64,000 nucleotides of DNA from Bacteroidia bacterium (GTDB taxonomy: Bacteria > Bacteroidota > Bacteroidia > UBA8524), in contig OZ252261.1 in NCBI GenBank assembly GCA_965249955.1, forward strand, positions 3,362,490-3,426,489, in the 5' to 3' direction. The position numbers and the translations under genes were made by a program. Shown one piece after another: positions 51,427-60,658 of this stretch. How positions within the stretch are numbered: the stretch's first letter is position 1; each line of letters begins with the position of its first letter. Under the pieces are notes generated by a model. It had not been told where the DNA came from. It worked only from the letters and a program-made list of their open reading frames with translations, and ran no database searches.

Positions 51427-52143
51427 ATGAAACTTGATATATTGGCCTTTGGCGCACACCCTGATGATGTAGAGCTGGCCTGTTCGGGCACTATAGCTGC
51501 ACATATTGCTAAAGGTAAAAAAGTAGGCATTGTAGATTTAACTCAAGGTGAATTAGGTACACGCGGTAGTGCTGCCCAACGATTGGTAGAAGCTACCAAT
51601 GCCGCAAAAATTATTGGTGTAGAAGTGCGCGAAAATTTGGGCATGAAAGATGGTTTTTTTGTGAATGACACTGCCAATCAACTTAAAGTGATAGAAATGC
51701 TACGCAAATACCAACCCGATACGGTATTGTTGAACGCACAAAGCGATAGGCACACCGACCACGGAAAAGGTGGTGATTTGGTACAAGATGCCTGTTTTCT
51801 TTCAGGATTAATAAAAATTGAAACTCAACACAATGGCGTAAACCAAGCCCCTTGGAGGCCAAAGCTAATGCTACGTTACATACAGGATTATTTTATAAAA
51901 CCCGACGTTGTTTTTGATATTACCGACTACTACGATATTAAAATAGCCGCTATAAAAGCCTTTGAGACACAATTTTTTAACCCCCAATCAACAGAGCCAA
52001 TCACGCCGATTTCTACCCCTCATTTTTTAGAGGCAATAACAGGTCGTTGCCTTGATATGGGTAGATTTATAGGGGTAAAATATGCCGAAGGTTTCAATAC
52101 TGTTCGCCCCGTTGGTGTGCAAGATATTACCACACTTTTTTAA
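51427..52143 (+). CDS. bshB1: PIG-L family deacetylase, bacillithiol biosynthesis BshB1-like
   Basis: LAFGAHPDDVELACSGT... is the LmbE/PIG-L motif; 238 aa. Confidence 0.8.
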   Translation: MKLDILAFGAHPDDVELACSGTIAAHIAKGKKVGIVDLTQGELGTRGSAAQRLVEATNAAKIIGVEVRENLGMKDGFFVNDTANQLKVIEMLRKYQPDTVLLNAQSDRHTDHGKGGDLVQDACFLSGLIKIETQHNGVNQAPWRPKLMLRYIQDYFIKPDVVFDITDYYDIKIAAIKAFETQFFNPQSTEPITPISTPHFLEAITGRCLDMGRFIGVKYAEGFNTVRPVGVQDITTLF

Positions 52144-52215
52144 CCGATAACAATAAAAAGTTGAAACAAAAGCGGCATATCTCATAATAAGCCGTATTTT
52201 TGCAGCCGTTTTTTT

Positions 52216-53163
52216 ATGCTCAACAGGAGAATTCTGCGGATTAAGGTATTTCAGGCATTATATGCCAACAATAGGGAAGAGCAACCGGTAACGGCACGTT
52301 ACGAAACCTTCTTGCTCAATAGTATCAAGCGTATCGAAGAGATGTATCTTTTCATACTCAACCTGCCCGTTGAGTTGAAATATTTCATCGAAAACGAAGC
52401 TAGACCCGAAGATATTAAATATTTCCCTACTCAGCGTGATATAGAAACAGGTAATACCTTTCTATACAACGGGTTGATTAATATTCTTCAAAACTCACTT
52501 TTCTTTAATCAAAGACACAAAAAAGTAGTTAAACAAAACTGGAGTGATAATAAAGAATTGCTTCGCATTATATTTAACGACTTTAAAGGAGGTAGACTGT
52601 TTCAGCAATACCTTGATGAGCCTGTGAAAGATTTTGAGGCTCAAAAACGTCTTATGCACTCGTTTTTTGCTGTTTATTTGCCTGAATCGGATGATTTTGA
52701 GCAATATATGGAAGAGCTGAGTATGCACTGGCAAGACGATAAAAAGATTATTTTTAAATACTTAGCCAAAACAATTGAGGATATAAAAGAAGGTAGCGAT
52801 GGCGATTTTTTGGTTGACCTGACAAGCAACTGGGATGAAGACTGGGAATTTGCACGCGATTTGTTTAGAAAAACACTAAACAACGATAGCGTTTACCTTG
52901 ATTTGATATCGAAGAAAACCGAAAAATGGGATAGTGAACGTATTGCTACTACCGATTTGGTATTGATGAAGATGGCTTTGTGTGAAATGATAGACTTTCC
53001 CTCGATACCTGTTAAAGTAACCATAAACGAGTATTTAGAAATATCAAAACTATACAGCACACCCAAAAGCAATTCGTTTTTAAATGGTGTATTAGATAAA
53101 ATTAAAAACGAGTTGAAGGCAGAAAATAAAATTTTGAAACAGGGAAGGGGTTTGGTTGAATAA
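52216..53163 (+). CDS. nusB: Transcription antitermination factor NusB (long Bacteroidota form)
   Basis: NusB domain in the C-terminal half (RIATTDLVLMKMALCEM...). Confidence 0.8.
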   Translation: MLNRRILRIKVFQALYANNREEQPVTARYETFLLNSIKRIEEMYLFILNLPVELKYFIENEARPEDIKYFPTQRDIETGNTFLYNGLINILQNSLFFNQRHKKVVKQNWSDNKELLRIIFNDFKGGRLFQQYLDEPVKDFEAQKRLMHSFFAVYLPESDDFEQYMEELSMHWQDDKKIIFKYLAKTIEDIKEGSDGDFLVDLTSNWDEDWEFARDLFRKTLNNDSVYLDLISKKTEKWDSERIATTDLVLMKMALCEMIDFPSIPVKVTINEYLEISKLYSTPKSNSFLNGVLDKIKNELKAENKILKQGRGLVE

Positions 53164-53213
53164 TTGCTGCATATTAACTTTGAAATAAAATTTAAAAACC
53201 TAAAAGCTAAACA

Positions 53214-53729
53214 ATGAAAAAAATAGCATTATTATTTGTTGTAGCCGCAATGGCAACTGCCTGCGGTGAAAAAAAAGGAGCGGCAGTAACAGAGGCCGAA
53301 GGACAAACTAATACAGAAAATACGGCAGACGTAGACCCAACAGTAATAGATAACCCTTCAACAGCTACTGAGCCTACAGCGGCAGTAGACCCTGCAACTG
53401 CACCAATGATTACATTTGAAAAAGATCAATTGGAATTGAAGGCTATTACTGAAGGTGAATCGGTAGAAGTAGTGTACAATTTTACAAACACAGGAAAAAG
53501 CAGTTTAGTACTTAGTGCAGTTGAACCTACTTGTGGTTGCACAGTTACTGATGACTGGCCAAAAGAACCCATTGCCCCAGGTGCAAAAGGTAAAATAAAA
53601 GCTAAATACAATAGCGAAGGAAGAGGTACAGGACAGATTACTAAATCTATAATGATTAAATCAAATGCTCTTGCACCTGATGATATAAAAGAAGTTAAAT
53701 TTACCATACAGGTAAACCCTAAAAAATAA
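53214..53729 (+). CDS. DUF1573 domain lipoprotein
   Basis: Lipobox ATAC and the motif VEPTCGCT, which is diagnostic of DUF1573. Confidence 0.75.
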   Translation: MKKIALLFVVAAMATACGEKKGAAVTEAEGQTNTENTADVDPTVIDNPSTATEPTAAVDPATAPMITFEKDQLELKAITEGESVEVVYNFTNTGKSSLVLSAVEPTCGCTVTDDWPKEPIAPGAKGKIKAKYNSEGRGTGQITKSIMIKSNALAPDDIKEVKFTIQVNPKK

Positions 53730-53735
53730 TTATAG

Positions 53736-54092
53736 ATGAATTTGATGTTAATGCACGTTTTGTTGCTGGGTGGTGGTGCTCAGGGATCAGGTGGACAAGG
53801 TGGAATAATGGGGATGATGCCCTTTTTACTAATAATAGTGGTGATGTACGTATTTTTTATACTTCCTCAAACTCGTAAAGCGAAAGCACAGCGTAAGTTT
53901 AGAGAAGAGTTGAAAAAAGGCGACAAAATTGTGAATGTGGCCGGTATACACGGCAAAATAATAGAAATGGGCGATACCAATATGGTAATTGAGCTTGAAG
54001 AAGGTGTACGCATGAGAATAGAAAAATCATCTATATCTATGGAGGCTACACAAGCCATAAACAACCCCAAAGTAGAAAAAGAGAAAAAATAA
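53736..54092 (+). CDS. yajC: Preprotein translocase subunit YajC
   Basis: A single TM helix followed by FILPQTRKAKAQRKFREELKKGDKIV. Confidence 0.8.
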   Translation: MNLMLMHVLLLGGGAQGSGGQGGIMGMMPFLLIIVVMYVFFILPQTRKAKAQRKFREELKKGDKIVNVAGIHGKIIEMGDTNMVIELEEGVRMRIEKSSISMEATQAINNPKVEKEKK

Positions 54093-54118
54093 GTTAGTAT
54101 TTTATTCTATACCAAAAA

Positions 54119-54148
54119 CTCAGGTACTTTTGTGCCTGAGTTTTTTTT
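54119..54148 (+). terminator. Intrinsic terminator of yajC
   Basis: CTCAGGTAC-TTTT-GTGCCTGAG followed by TTTTTTTT. Confidence 0.75.
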
Positions 54149-54172
54149 GTTTATACCAATACATAACAATAT

Positions 54173-54775
54173 ATGCTAAAAATAGGGGTTACAGGTGGAA
54201 TAGGGAGCGGCAAAAGCACTGTGTGCAATATATTTGAGCAAATGGGCATACCCATATTTAACGCTGATTTACAAGCCCGCGACTTGATGAATACAAATAC
54301 CCAATTGATAAAAGCCTTAAAGGCAACTTTTGGTAATGATATATACGGAAACGATAAGCAACTTATTCGCACAAAACTGGCACAAATTGTATTTGCCGAT
54401 AAAACAAAAGTAGAAAAACTAAATGCTTTGGTACACCCTGCCGTTAAAGAAGCCTTTAAACAATGGGCAGAGCTACAACCCCATTGCCCTTATGTGATAA
54501 AAGAGGCTGCATTGATGTTTGAAAGCGAAAGTTATAAAGATCTTGATTATGTAATTACAGTTAGTGCCCCAAAGCAGGTGAGACTGCAACGTGTGGTTGA
54601 ACGCGATGGTGCTAAACGGGCAGATGTGTTGAAGCGCATGAACAATCAGCTTAGCGAGCGTGAACGCATAGCTCGTGCTGATTTTGTGATTAAAAACGAC
54701 GGTAAGCAACCTTTAATACCTCAAGTGATGCAATTGCACCAATTATTTTTAGAAGCGGCACAGCCATTGGTTTAA
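54173..54775 (+). CDS. coaE: Dephospho-CoA kinase
   Basis: IGVTGGIGSGKST P-loop; 200 aa. Confidence 0.9.
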   Translation: MLKIGVTGGIGSGKSTVCNIFEQMGIPIFNADLQARDLMNTNTQLIKALKATFGNDIYGNDKQLIRTKLAQIVFADKTKVEKLNALVHPAVKEAFKQWAELQPHCPYVIKEAALMFESESYKDLDYVITVSAPKQVRLQRVVERDGAKRADVLKRMNNQLSERERIARADFVIKNDGKQPLIPQVMQLHQLFLEAAQPLV

Positions 54776-54812
54776 TTAACTGATTTTGTAAGAGTTTAAC
54801 AGATATTCATCC

Positions 54813-54848
54813 AAAAAAATAGCCCCGCTTACAAAGCGGGGCTATTTT
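54813..54848. terminator. Bidirectional intrinsic terminator between coaE and the pyrophosphatase gene
   Basis: ATAGCCCCGCTT-ACAA-AGCGGGGCTAT, flanked by an A-run upstream and a T-run downstream. Confidence 0.7.
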
Positions 54849-54870
54849 ATATACCTATTAATGATAAGCC

Positions 54871-57249
54871 TTAGTGAGCACTATCATTGTGCATTTTATC
54901 GTGGTCAACACCTTCTGGGTGGTGTCCTTCTTTAGCGTGTTTTACACATTCAGCTTTTTGCTCAGGGGTACAACCTACGCTATCGCAGTAAGCAGCACAC
55001 TCTTCAGGGCTCATGTGCATACATTTTTCCATATCGCATTTAGCATTAGTATGAGCGCCATGATGTCCACCGTGCGCACTGCACTCGGTTTTAGCACCGT
55101 TTACACAGCAATCAGCTCCACCAGCCATAGCACCATGTCCGCCACCGTTTACAGCAATATGAGGAGCTATAATTAATGAAACGATAGACATTAATTTGAT
55201 AAGGATATTCATTGATGGGCCAGAAGTGTCTTTAAAAGGATCGCCCACAGTATCACCTGTTACAGATGCTTTGTGTGGTTCTGATTTTTTGTAGTACATC
55301 TCTCCATCAATGTTAACACCTTTTTCAAACGATTTTTTAGCATTATCCCATGCACCACCTGCGTTACTTTGGAACATACCCATAAGTACACCGCTAACAG
55401 TAACACCTGCTAATACACCGCCTAAAACTTCAGGGCCAAATATAAATCCTACAATCACAGGAACTACAAGTGCAATAGCACCGGGTAGCATCATTTCGCG
55501 AATAGAAGCTTTAGTTGAAATTTCAACACATTTTTCATACTCAGGTTTGGCTTTATACTCCATAATACCCGGTATTTCGCGGAATTGGCGACGTACCTCG
55601 TTTACCATATCCATAGCTGCGCGGCCAACGGCTGCAATAGCTAATGAAGAGAATATAAATGGTATCATAGCACCAACAAATAAACCTGCCAATACGTTGG
55701 CTTTGTATATATCAATAGCATTTATACCTGCTATACCCACAAAAGCTGCAAATAAGGCTAGTGAGGTAAGAGCAGCCGATGCAATAGCAAAACCCTTGCC
55801 TGTGGCAGCGGTAGTGTTTCCTACGGCATCTAAATTGTCTGTACGTCCACGAACTTCTTCAGGTAGTTGACTCATTTCTGCAATACCACCTGCGTTGTCA
55901 GCAATAGGGCCAAAAGCATCAATTGCTAGTTGCATGGCTGTTGTTGCCATCATACCTGCGGCAGCAATGGCCACACCATATAAACCTGCTAACTCGTATG
56001 AACCGTAAATACCGGCTGCCAATACTAATATTGGTAATACAGTACTTTCCATACCTACCGAAAGACCACCAATAATATTGGTAGCATGACCTGTTGATGA
56101 TTGACGTATGATTGAAAGTACAGGACGTTTGCCCATTGCTGTATAGTACTCAGTAATAATACTCATTAAAGTACCTACTACAAGACCAAGTATTATAGCC
56201 CAAAATACATTCATGCTGGTAAACTCGTATCCACGTATAACTAGGTTATCGGGTAACATCCATTTAACAACAAAAAATGAAAAAATAGCGGTTAAAACTA
56301 TTGATGAATAGTTACCCATATTAAGGGCTTTTTGTACGTTTCCGTTTTCACCTTTAATTTTAACAAACATCATCCCTACAATAGAGAATATAATACCCAA
56401 ACCTGCAAGAAGCATAGGTAATAGTATTGGAGCCATACCTCCAAAGTCATCAAACGATACAATTTCACGACCCAATACCATTGTAGCCAATATAGTTGCT
56501 ACATAAGATCCAAAAAGGTCGGCACCCATACCTGCAACGTCACCTACGTTATCACCCACGTTGTCGGCAATAGTAGCAGGGTTACGCACATCATCTTCAG
56601 GTATACCTGCTTCAACTTTACCCACAAGGTCGGCACCTACGTCGGCAGCTTTAGTATATATACCGCCACCCACACGGGCAAAAAGAGCAATACTTTCAGC
56701 ACCTAACGAAAAGCCTGCAAGCACTTCAAGTGCTTTTTCCATCTCTTTTCCGTTAACGCTGGCACCGGTATTTTTTACATAAATGGTATAAAATAATATA
56801 AAAAGAGAGCCTAAGCCTAAAACGGCTAAACCTGCAACACCCAAGCCCATTACAGAACCACCTGTAAACGATACTTTAAGCGCTTGTGCAAGGCTGGTAC
56901 GTGCAGCTTGTGTGGTACGTACGTTAGCCTTAGTGGCTATTTTCATACCTATATAGCCTGCTACTGCTGAAAACACAGCACCAATTAAAAACGAGATAGC
57001 TATAATAGGGCTTGATGTCTCAACTGTCGTTCCGCTCCAAGCAAGCAGGGCTGCAGCTATTACTGCAAAATAAGAAAGTACTTTCCATTCAGCTTTTAAA
57101 AAGGCCATTGCACCATCGGCAATATATCCGGCCAGTTCTTTCATGTTGTCATCACCAGCGTCTTGTTTGTTTACCCAAGCCGATTTAATGGCCATAATAA
57201 TCAAACCAACTACACCAAGTGCGGGAATTACGTAAATAAGGTTATCCAT
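54871..57249 (-). CDS. hppA: Membrane-bound proton/sodium-translocating pyrophosphatase with a Cys/His-rich C-terminal extension
   Basis: H+-PPase motifs [15 protein letters not shown] and GGAWDNAKK. The ATG at 57249 (MDNLIYVIP) is preferred. An extra tail of about 95 aa carries 9 Cys and at least 12 His. Confidence 0.9.
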   Translation of the reverse strand: MDNLIYVIPALGVVGLIIMAIKSAWVNKQDAGDDNMKELAGYIADGAMAFLKAEWKVLSYFAVIAAALLAWSGTTVETSSPIIAISFLIGAVFSAVAGYIGMKIATKANVRTTQAARTSLAQALKVSFTGGSVMGLGVAGLAVLGLGSLFILFYTIYVKNTGASVNGKEMEKALEVLAGFSLGAESIALFARVGGGIYTKAADVGADLVGKVEAGIPEDDVRNPATIADNVGDNVGDVAGMGADLFGSYVATILATMVLGREIVSFDDFGGMAPILLPMLLAGLGIIFSIVGMMFVKIKGENGNVQKALNMGNYSSIVLTAIFSFFVVKWMLPDNLVIRGYEFTSMNVFWAIILGLVVGTLMSIITEYYTAMGKRPVLSIIRQSSTGHATNIIGGLSVGMESTVLPILVLAAGIYGSYELAGLYGVAIAAAGMMATTAMQLAIDAFGPIADNAGGIAEMSQLPEEVRGRTDNLDAVGNTTAATGKGFAIASAALTSLALFAAFVGIAGINAIDIYKANVLAGLFVGAMIPFIFSSLAIAAVGRAAMDMVNEVRRQFREIPGIMEYKAKPEYEKCVEISTKASIREMMLPGAIALVVPVIVGFIFGPEVLGGVLAGVTVSGVLMGMFQSNAGGAWDNAKKSFEKGVNIDGEMYYKKSEPHKASVTGDTVGDPFKDTSGPSMNILIKLMSIVSLIIAPHIAVNGGGHGAMAGGADCCVNGAKTECSAHGGHHGAHTNAKCDMEKCMHMSPEECAAYCDSVGCTPEQKAECVKHAKEGHHPEGVDHDKMHNDSAH

Positions 57250-57568
57250 ACTTTTCTTTCTATTCGGTTTTTTTACAAGTCGGCAAAAATAAGGTTTTGT
57301 GCTTATAAAGCGAAAAATAGTTGTAGCTATAGCTAATTTAAAGTTTTTATTAACAGATAAGCAGTATAGAGCATACACATTGTAGTTGAGCCTTAATTAA
57401 GTGCTACAAGCTATGATACATAAGGGTTGGAACACTTTTTTTGTGTGGTTTTATAGCGAAATATAAGGTGTAAGGGGCTGGGTATTAAATATCCACATAT
57501 ATTTAATTTTTACTTTGCGAAGTGAAAAAGGGCATGGTATTTGTTTTTTTACGGCTGAATATTTTTTT

Positions 57569-58090
57569 GTGAAAACAACTACCCGATTAATAATAACATT
57601 ATTGCTGTGTGCCTTTTCTTTCGGTGCGTGGGCTTTCGTGCCGAAAGGTGGCGAACCTGATACAGCAGTTAATACAGATAGTTTTGATTTTGTTGAGTGT
57701 ACAATGGTAGACTCTGTGCTTGATTATGCTGATAATTTTTTAGGCATTAAATACAGAGGCGGAGGCAAAACCCCAAAAGGTTTTGATTGCTCAGGATATG
57801 TACGCTATGTATTTAAAAAGTTTGGCTACAAAACTCCTCCTTCATCTTCGGCCATCAAAACAGTGGGTAAAGAAGTAGAAAAAGATTCTGCCAAGGCAGG
57901 AGATATTATATATTTTACAGGAAGAAATGCTAAAACAAAACGCCCCGGTCATGTGGGTATTATTACTGAAGTAAAAGACGGTGTAATATATTTTATTCAC
58001 GCATCAGTAAATTACGGCATATCGTATTCGCATACAGCTACAAATTATTACAGTCGTCGTTTTTTAGGCGTTCGCAGGGTAATAAAGTAG
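57569..58090 (+). CDS. NlpC/P60 (C40) family peptidase
   Basis: KGFDCSGYVRYVF contains the catalytic Cys, and GHVGIIT the catalytic His. The GTG at 57569 gives a signal peptide (MKTTTRLIITLLLCAFSFGAWA); the ORF-track TTG is at 57515. Confidence 0.7.
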   Translation: MKTTTRLIITLLLCAFSFGAWAFVPKGGEPDTAVNTDSFDFVECTMVDSVLDYADNFLGIKYRGGGKTPKGFDCSGYVRYVFKKFGYKTPPSSSAIKTVGKEVEKDSAKAGDIIYFTGRNAKTKRPGHVGIITEVKDGVIYFIHASVNYGISYSHTATNYYSRRFLGVRRVIK

Positions 58091-58097
58091 TCATTGC

Positions 58098-59180
58098 CTA
58101 CTGTTTCTTTGTCACCATTCCATCATCGCCAATTAATAAAAAATTTTCAGGGAAGTCTTCATTAGTAAGGTCTTGTATTAATTTCAATGCCCATTTTTTT
58201 TCGCGGTCAACCATTGGGATGCCTTCACCCACTTGTTTTATAGGTGTTATTTGCGCCGAGATAAAGTTGCCTTTAGTATCAGTAGTTACCTTTACTATTG
58301 GTGCTACACCACTTTCAGCAGTCAGGCTAAAACGGTCGTAAGTAGCAAAGTTGCCTAAACTATAACATATAAGGTGGTTGTTGTATAACTCTATGGCACG
58401 GGTAACGTGCGGGCCATGCCCAAATACAACGTCAGCACCTGCATCAATTACAGCATGGCTAAATTCATATACATTACCTCTGTTTTCACCAATAAATAGT
58501 TCTGTTTCTTTGGTTACGTGTTGCTTGCTTCGTCCCTCGCCACCACCATGAAACGATACGATTACAATATCGCACAAGCTGTCTAAGCCCTGCACTATTT
58601 CTTTAGCACCCTCAATATCATTTATGCTTACAGTACCACTGTTGGGCGCAAAGGCAGCCAATCCGTATTTAATACCGTCTTTTTCTATAATAGTAGTAGG
58701 ACAGCTTAATAGTCCTGCGTATTGTATGCCGTACTCTTCAAGAGTTTTCATGGTTATTTCACGCCCTTCTGCACCAAAATCACCACTGTGGTTGTTGGCT
58801 ATACTAACTAAATCAAAGCCTGCATCTTTATAGTATTGCCCATAATGACTTGGCGAACGAAAGGCATAGCATAGTTTTGGGTTTCTGCACCTTTTCACTT
58901 TCCCTTTTGTACCCGCCAAAGTCCCTTCAAGGTTGCCAAAGGTTATATCAGCATCTATCAAAATGGCACGTACACTATCCAAAAGGTTTGCGCCATCGTT
59001 AGGGGCAAGGTGTTTAGTACTGGGGTAGTTGGTGCCTAGCATCATATCGCCTACACCAATAATAGTTACTGTTTGTATTGCACTATCGTTTGTTTGCAAT
59101 AGTGTATCGGTTTGTGCCGTTAAACTATTATTTGTAAAAAGTAGTATAAGAAACAGTAGAGCTAGGGTAAGTTTTTTCAT
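58098..59180 (-). CDS. CapA family (poly-gamma-glutamate/capsule synthesis metallophosphatase-like) protein
   Basis: Signal peptide and PGA_cap motifs (IGVGDMMLGTN...GNLEG). Confidence 0.8.
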   Translation of the reverse strand: MKKLTLALLFLILLFTNNSLTAQTDTLLQTNDSAIQTVTIIGVGDMMLGTNYPSTKHLAPNDGANLLDSVRAILIDADITFGNLEGTLAGTKGKVKRCRNPKLCYAFRSPSHYGQYYKDAGFDLVSIANNHSGDFGAEGREITMKTLEEYGIQYAGLLSCPTTIIEKDGIKYGLAAFAPNSGTVSINDIEGAKEIVQGLDSLCDIVIVSFHGGGEGRSKQHVTKETELFIGENRGNVYEFSHAVIDAGADVVFGHGPHVTRAIELYNNHLICYSLGNFATYDRFSLTAESGVAPIVKVTTDTKGNFISAQITPIKQVGEGIPMVDREKKWALKLIQDLTNEDFPENFLLIGDDGMVTKKQ

Positions 59181-59497
59181 TGAGCGTCTTTATCCAGAAT
59201 ATCTTTTATATCAACCAGCAAATTGCGCACTTTGTAAAGGCTATCAATAATTTCCACCTTTTTGGTGCCGTTGCCTTTATCCAATTTTAGTTTTTCGTTA
59301 GCACCTTGCAGGGTATAACCTTGTTCTTTTACCAAATGGTATATAAGACGAAGATTGCCCACATCATCTTTGGTAAATTGACGATTGCCTTTGCTGTTTT
59401 TTTTAGGTTTCAGTATATCAAACTCTTTCTCCCAAAAACGAACAAGCGAAGCATTAACTCCCAGTATTTGCGATACTTCGCTAATGGAGTAATACAT
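59177..59497 (-). CDS. MerR family transcriptional regulator
   Basis: MYYSISEVSQILGVNASLVRFWEKEF is a MerR HTH. An alternative ATG lies at 59527. Confidence 0.8.
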   Translation of the reverse strand: MYYSISEVSQILGVNASLVRFWEKEFDILKPKKNSKGNRQFTKDDVGNLRLIYHLVKEQGYTLQGANEKLKLDKGNGTKKVEIIDSLYKVRNLLVDIKDILDKDAQ

Positions 59498-59526
59498 TTT
59501 ATCGGGGTTTTCTTCTTCAGGTAGCA

Positions 59527-60492
59527 TTAGTCGAAAGATTGGTTGTTTGAAGCTGCAAGTTCTTTAATTTTTTCGTAATCCGCAGGGGTAAGGTCATTAT
59601 AATAAAAATGTACAGGGTTTACCTTCCTGTCGTTTTTAATCACCTCGTAGTGCAAGTGTGGTGCTGTAGATAAGCCGGTTGAGCCTACTTCGCCCAGTTT
59701 TTGTCCTCTGGTAATTGTTTCCCCTTTTTTCACATTCATTTCACTCATGTGGGCATAAAGGGTTTCGTAGCCATAGCCGTGGTCTACTATTACGTGGTAG
59801 CCATAGCCTTCGTTATAGGCTGCAAAGCTAACAACACCATTGCCCGTAGCGTATATGGGCGAACCTTTTGGGGCAGTAAAATCCATACCCGTGTGCATTT
59901 TTCGGGTTTTATATATAGGGTGTATACGATAACCGAAACCTGATGCAACACGACTTAAGTTTTTATTCTCGATAGGCTGTATAGCAGGTATACTGGCCAA
60001 CATATCTTGCTTGCGTGTGGCACGTGCAATAATATCATCAAACGATTTTCGTTGGTGTTTCATAGTTGCAGCCAAAGTAGCCAAGCGTTCGCTCATTCGT
60101 TTTACTTCTGCATCATCATCAAAGCCTTTTATTTGCCTGTATTTTTTGTGCATTTTTTTATCCAAGCTGCTATCGGTTAAAGGTTCAGCCTCAAACACCA
60201 CGCGGTATATTTGAGTGTCGCGTTGCACCAACTCATTTAATGATGAAGAAAGCTCGTCGATAGATTTATCGTAAAGCGAAAGCTGCAATTGGTAATTTTC
60301 AATCTCTTTTTCTAGTATTTTTTCTTTTGGCGAGCTAAAATAAGTATAGGCCAGCCACATAATGCCCGCACCAAAAACTACAGATGCGCATAAAAAGCCA
60401 AATGTACGTAAAGCAATTTTGGCCCAATTGCGTTTCTCAATCTCGTATGTGAGACTGTGCGGGTCGAAAAAGTATTTGGTTTTTTTTGCCAT
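59527..60492 (-). CDS. M23 family metallopeptidase
   Basis: HTGMDF...HLH motifs, an N-terminal TM helix and a coiled-coil region. Confidence 0.85.
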   Translation of the reverse strand: MAKKTKYFFDPHSLTYEIEKRNWAKIALRTFGFLCASVVFGAGIMWLAYTYFSSPKEKILEKEIENYQLQLSLYDKSIDELSSSLNELVQRDTQIYRVVFEAEPLTDSSLDKKMHKKYRQIKGFDDDAEVKRMSERLATLAATMKHQRKSFDDIIARATRKQDMLASIPAIQPIENKNLSRVASGFGYRIHPIYKTRKMHTGMDFTAPKGSPIYATGNGVVSFAAYNEGYGYHVIVDHGYGYETLYAHMSEMNVKKGETITRGQKLGEVGSTGLSTAPHLHYEVIKNDRKVNPVHFYYNDLTPADYEKIKELAASNNQSFD

Positions 60493-60658
60493 TTATGTGT
60501 TTTATAGCCTGCTATTTTTCAATTTAGCGGTTATCTATTTGCTAAGTTGGGTTAAAACTCCCTGCCTTTTCCTATTTTTGCGGCTTGGTTCACCACCTCC
60601 ATATTTTATGGCGGTTGCGAATGTAGCTTATAACAAAAATAATTCCAATAAACGTTAG

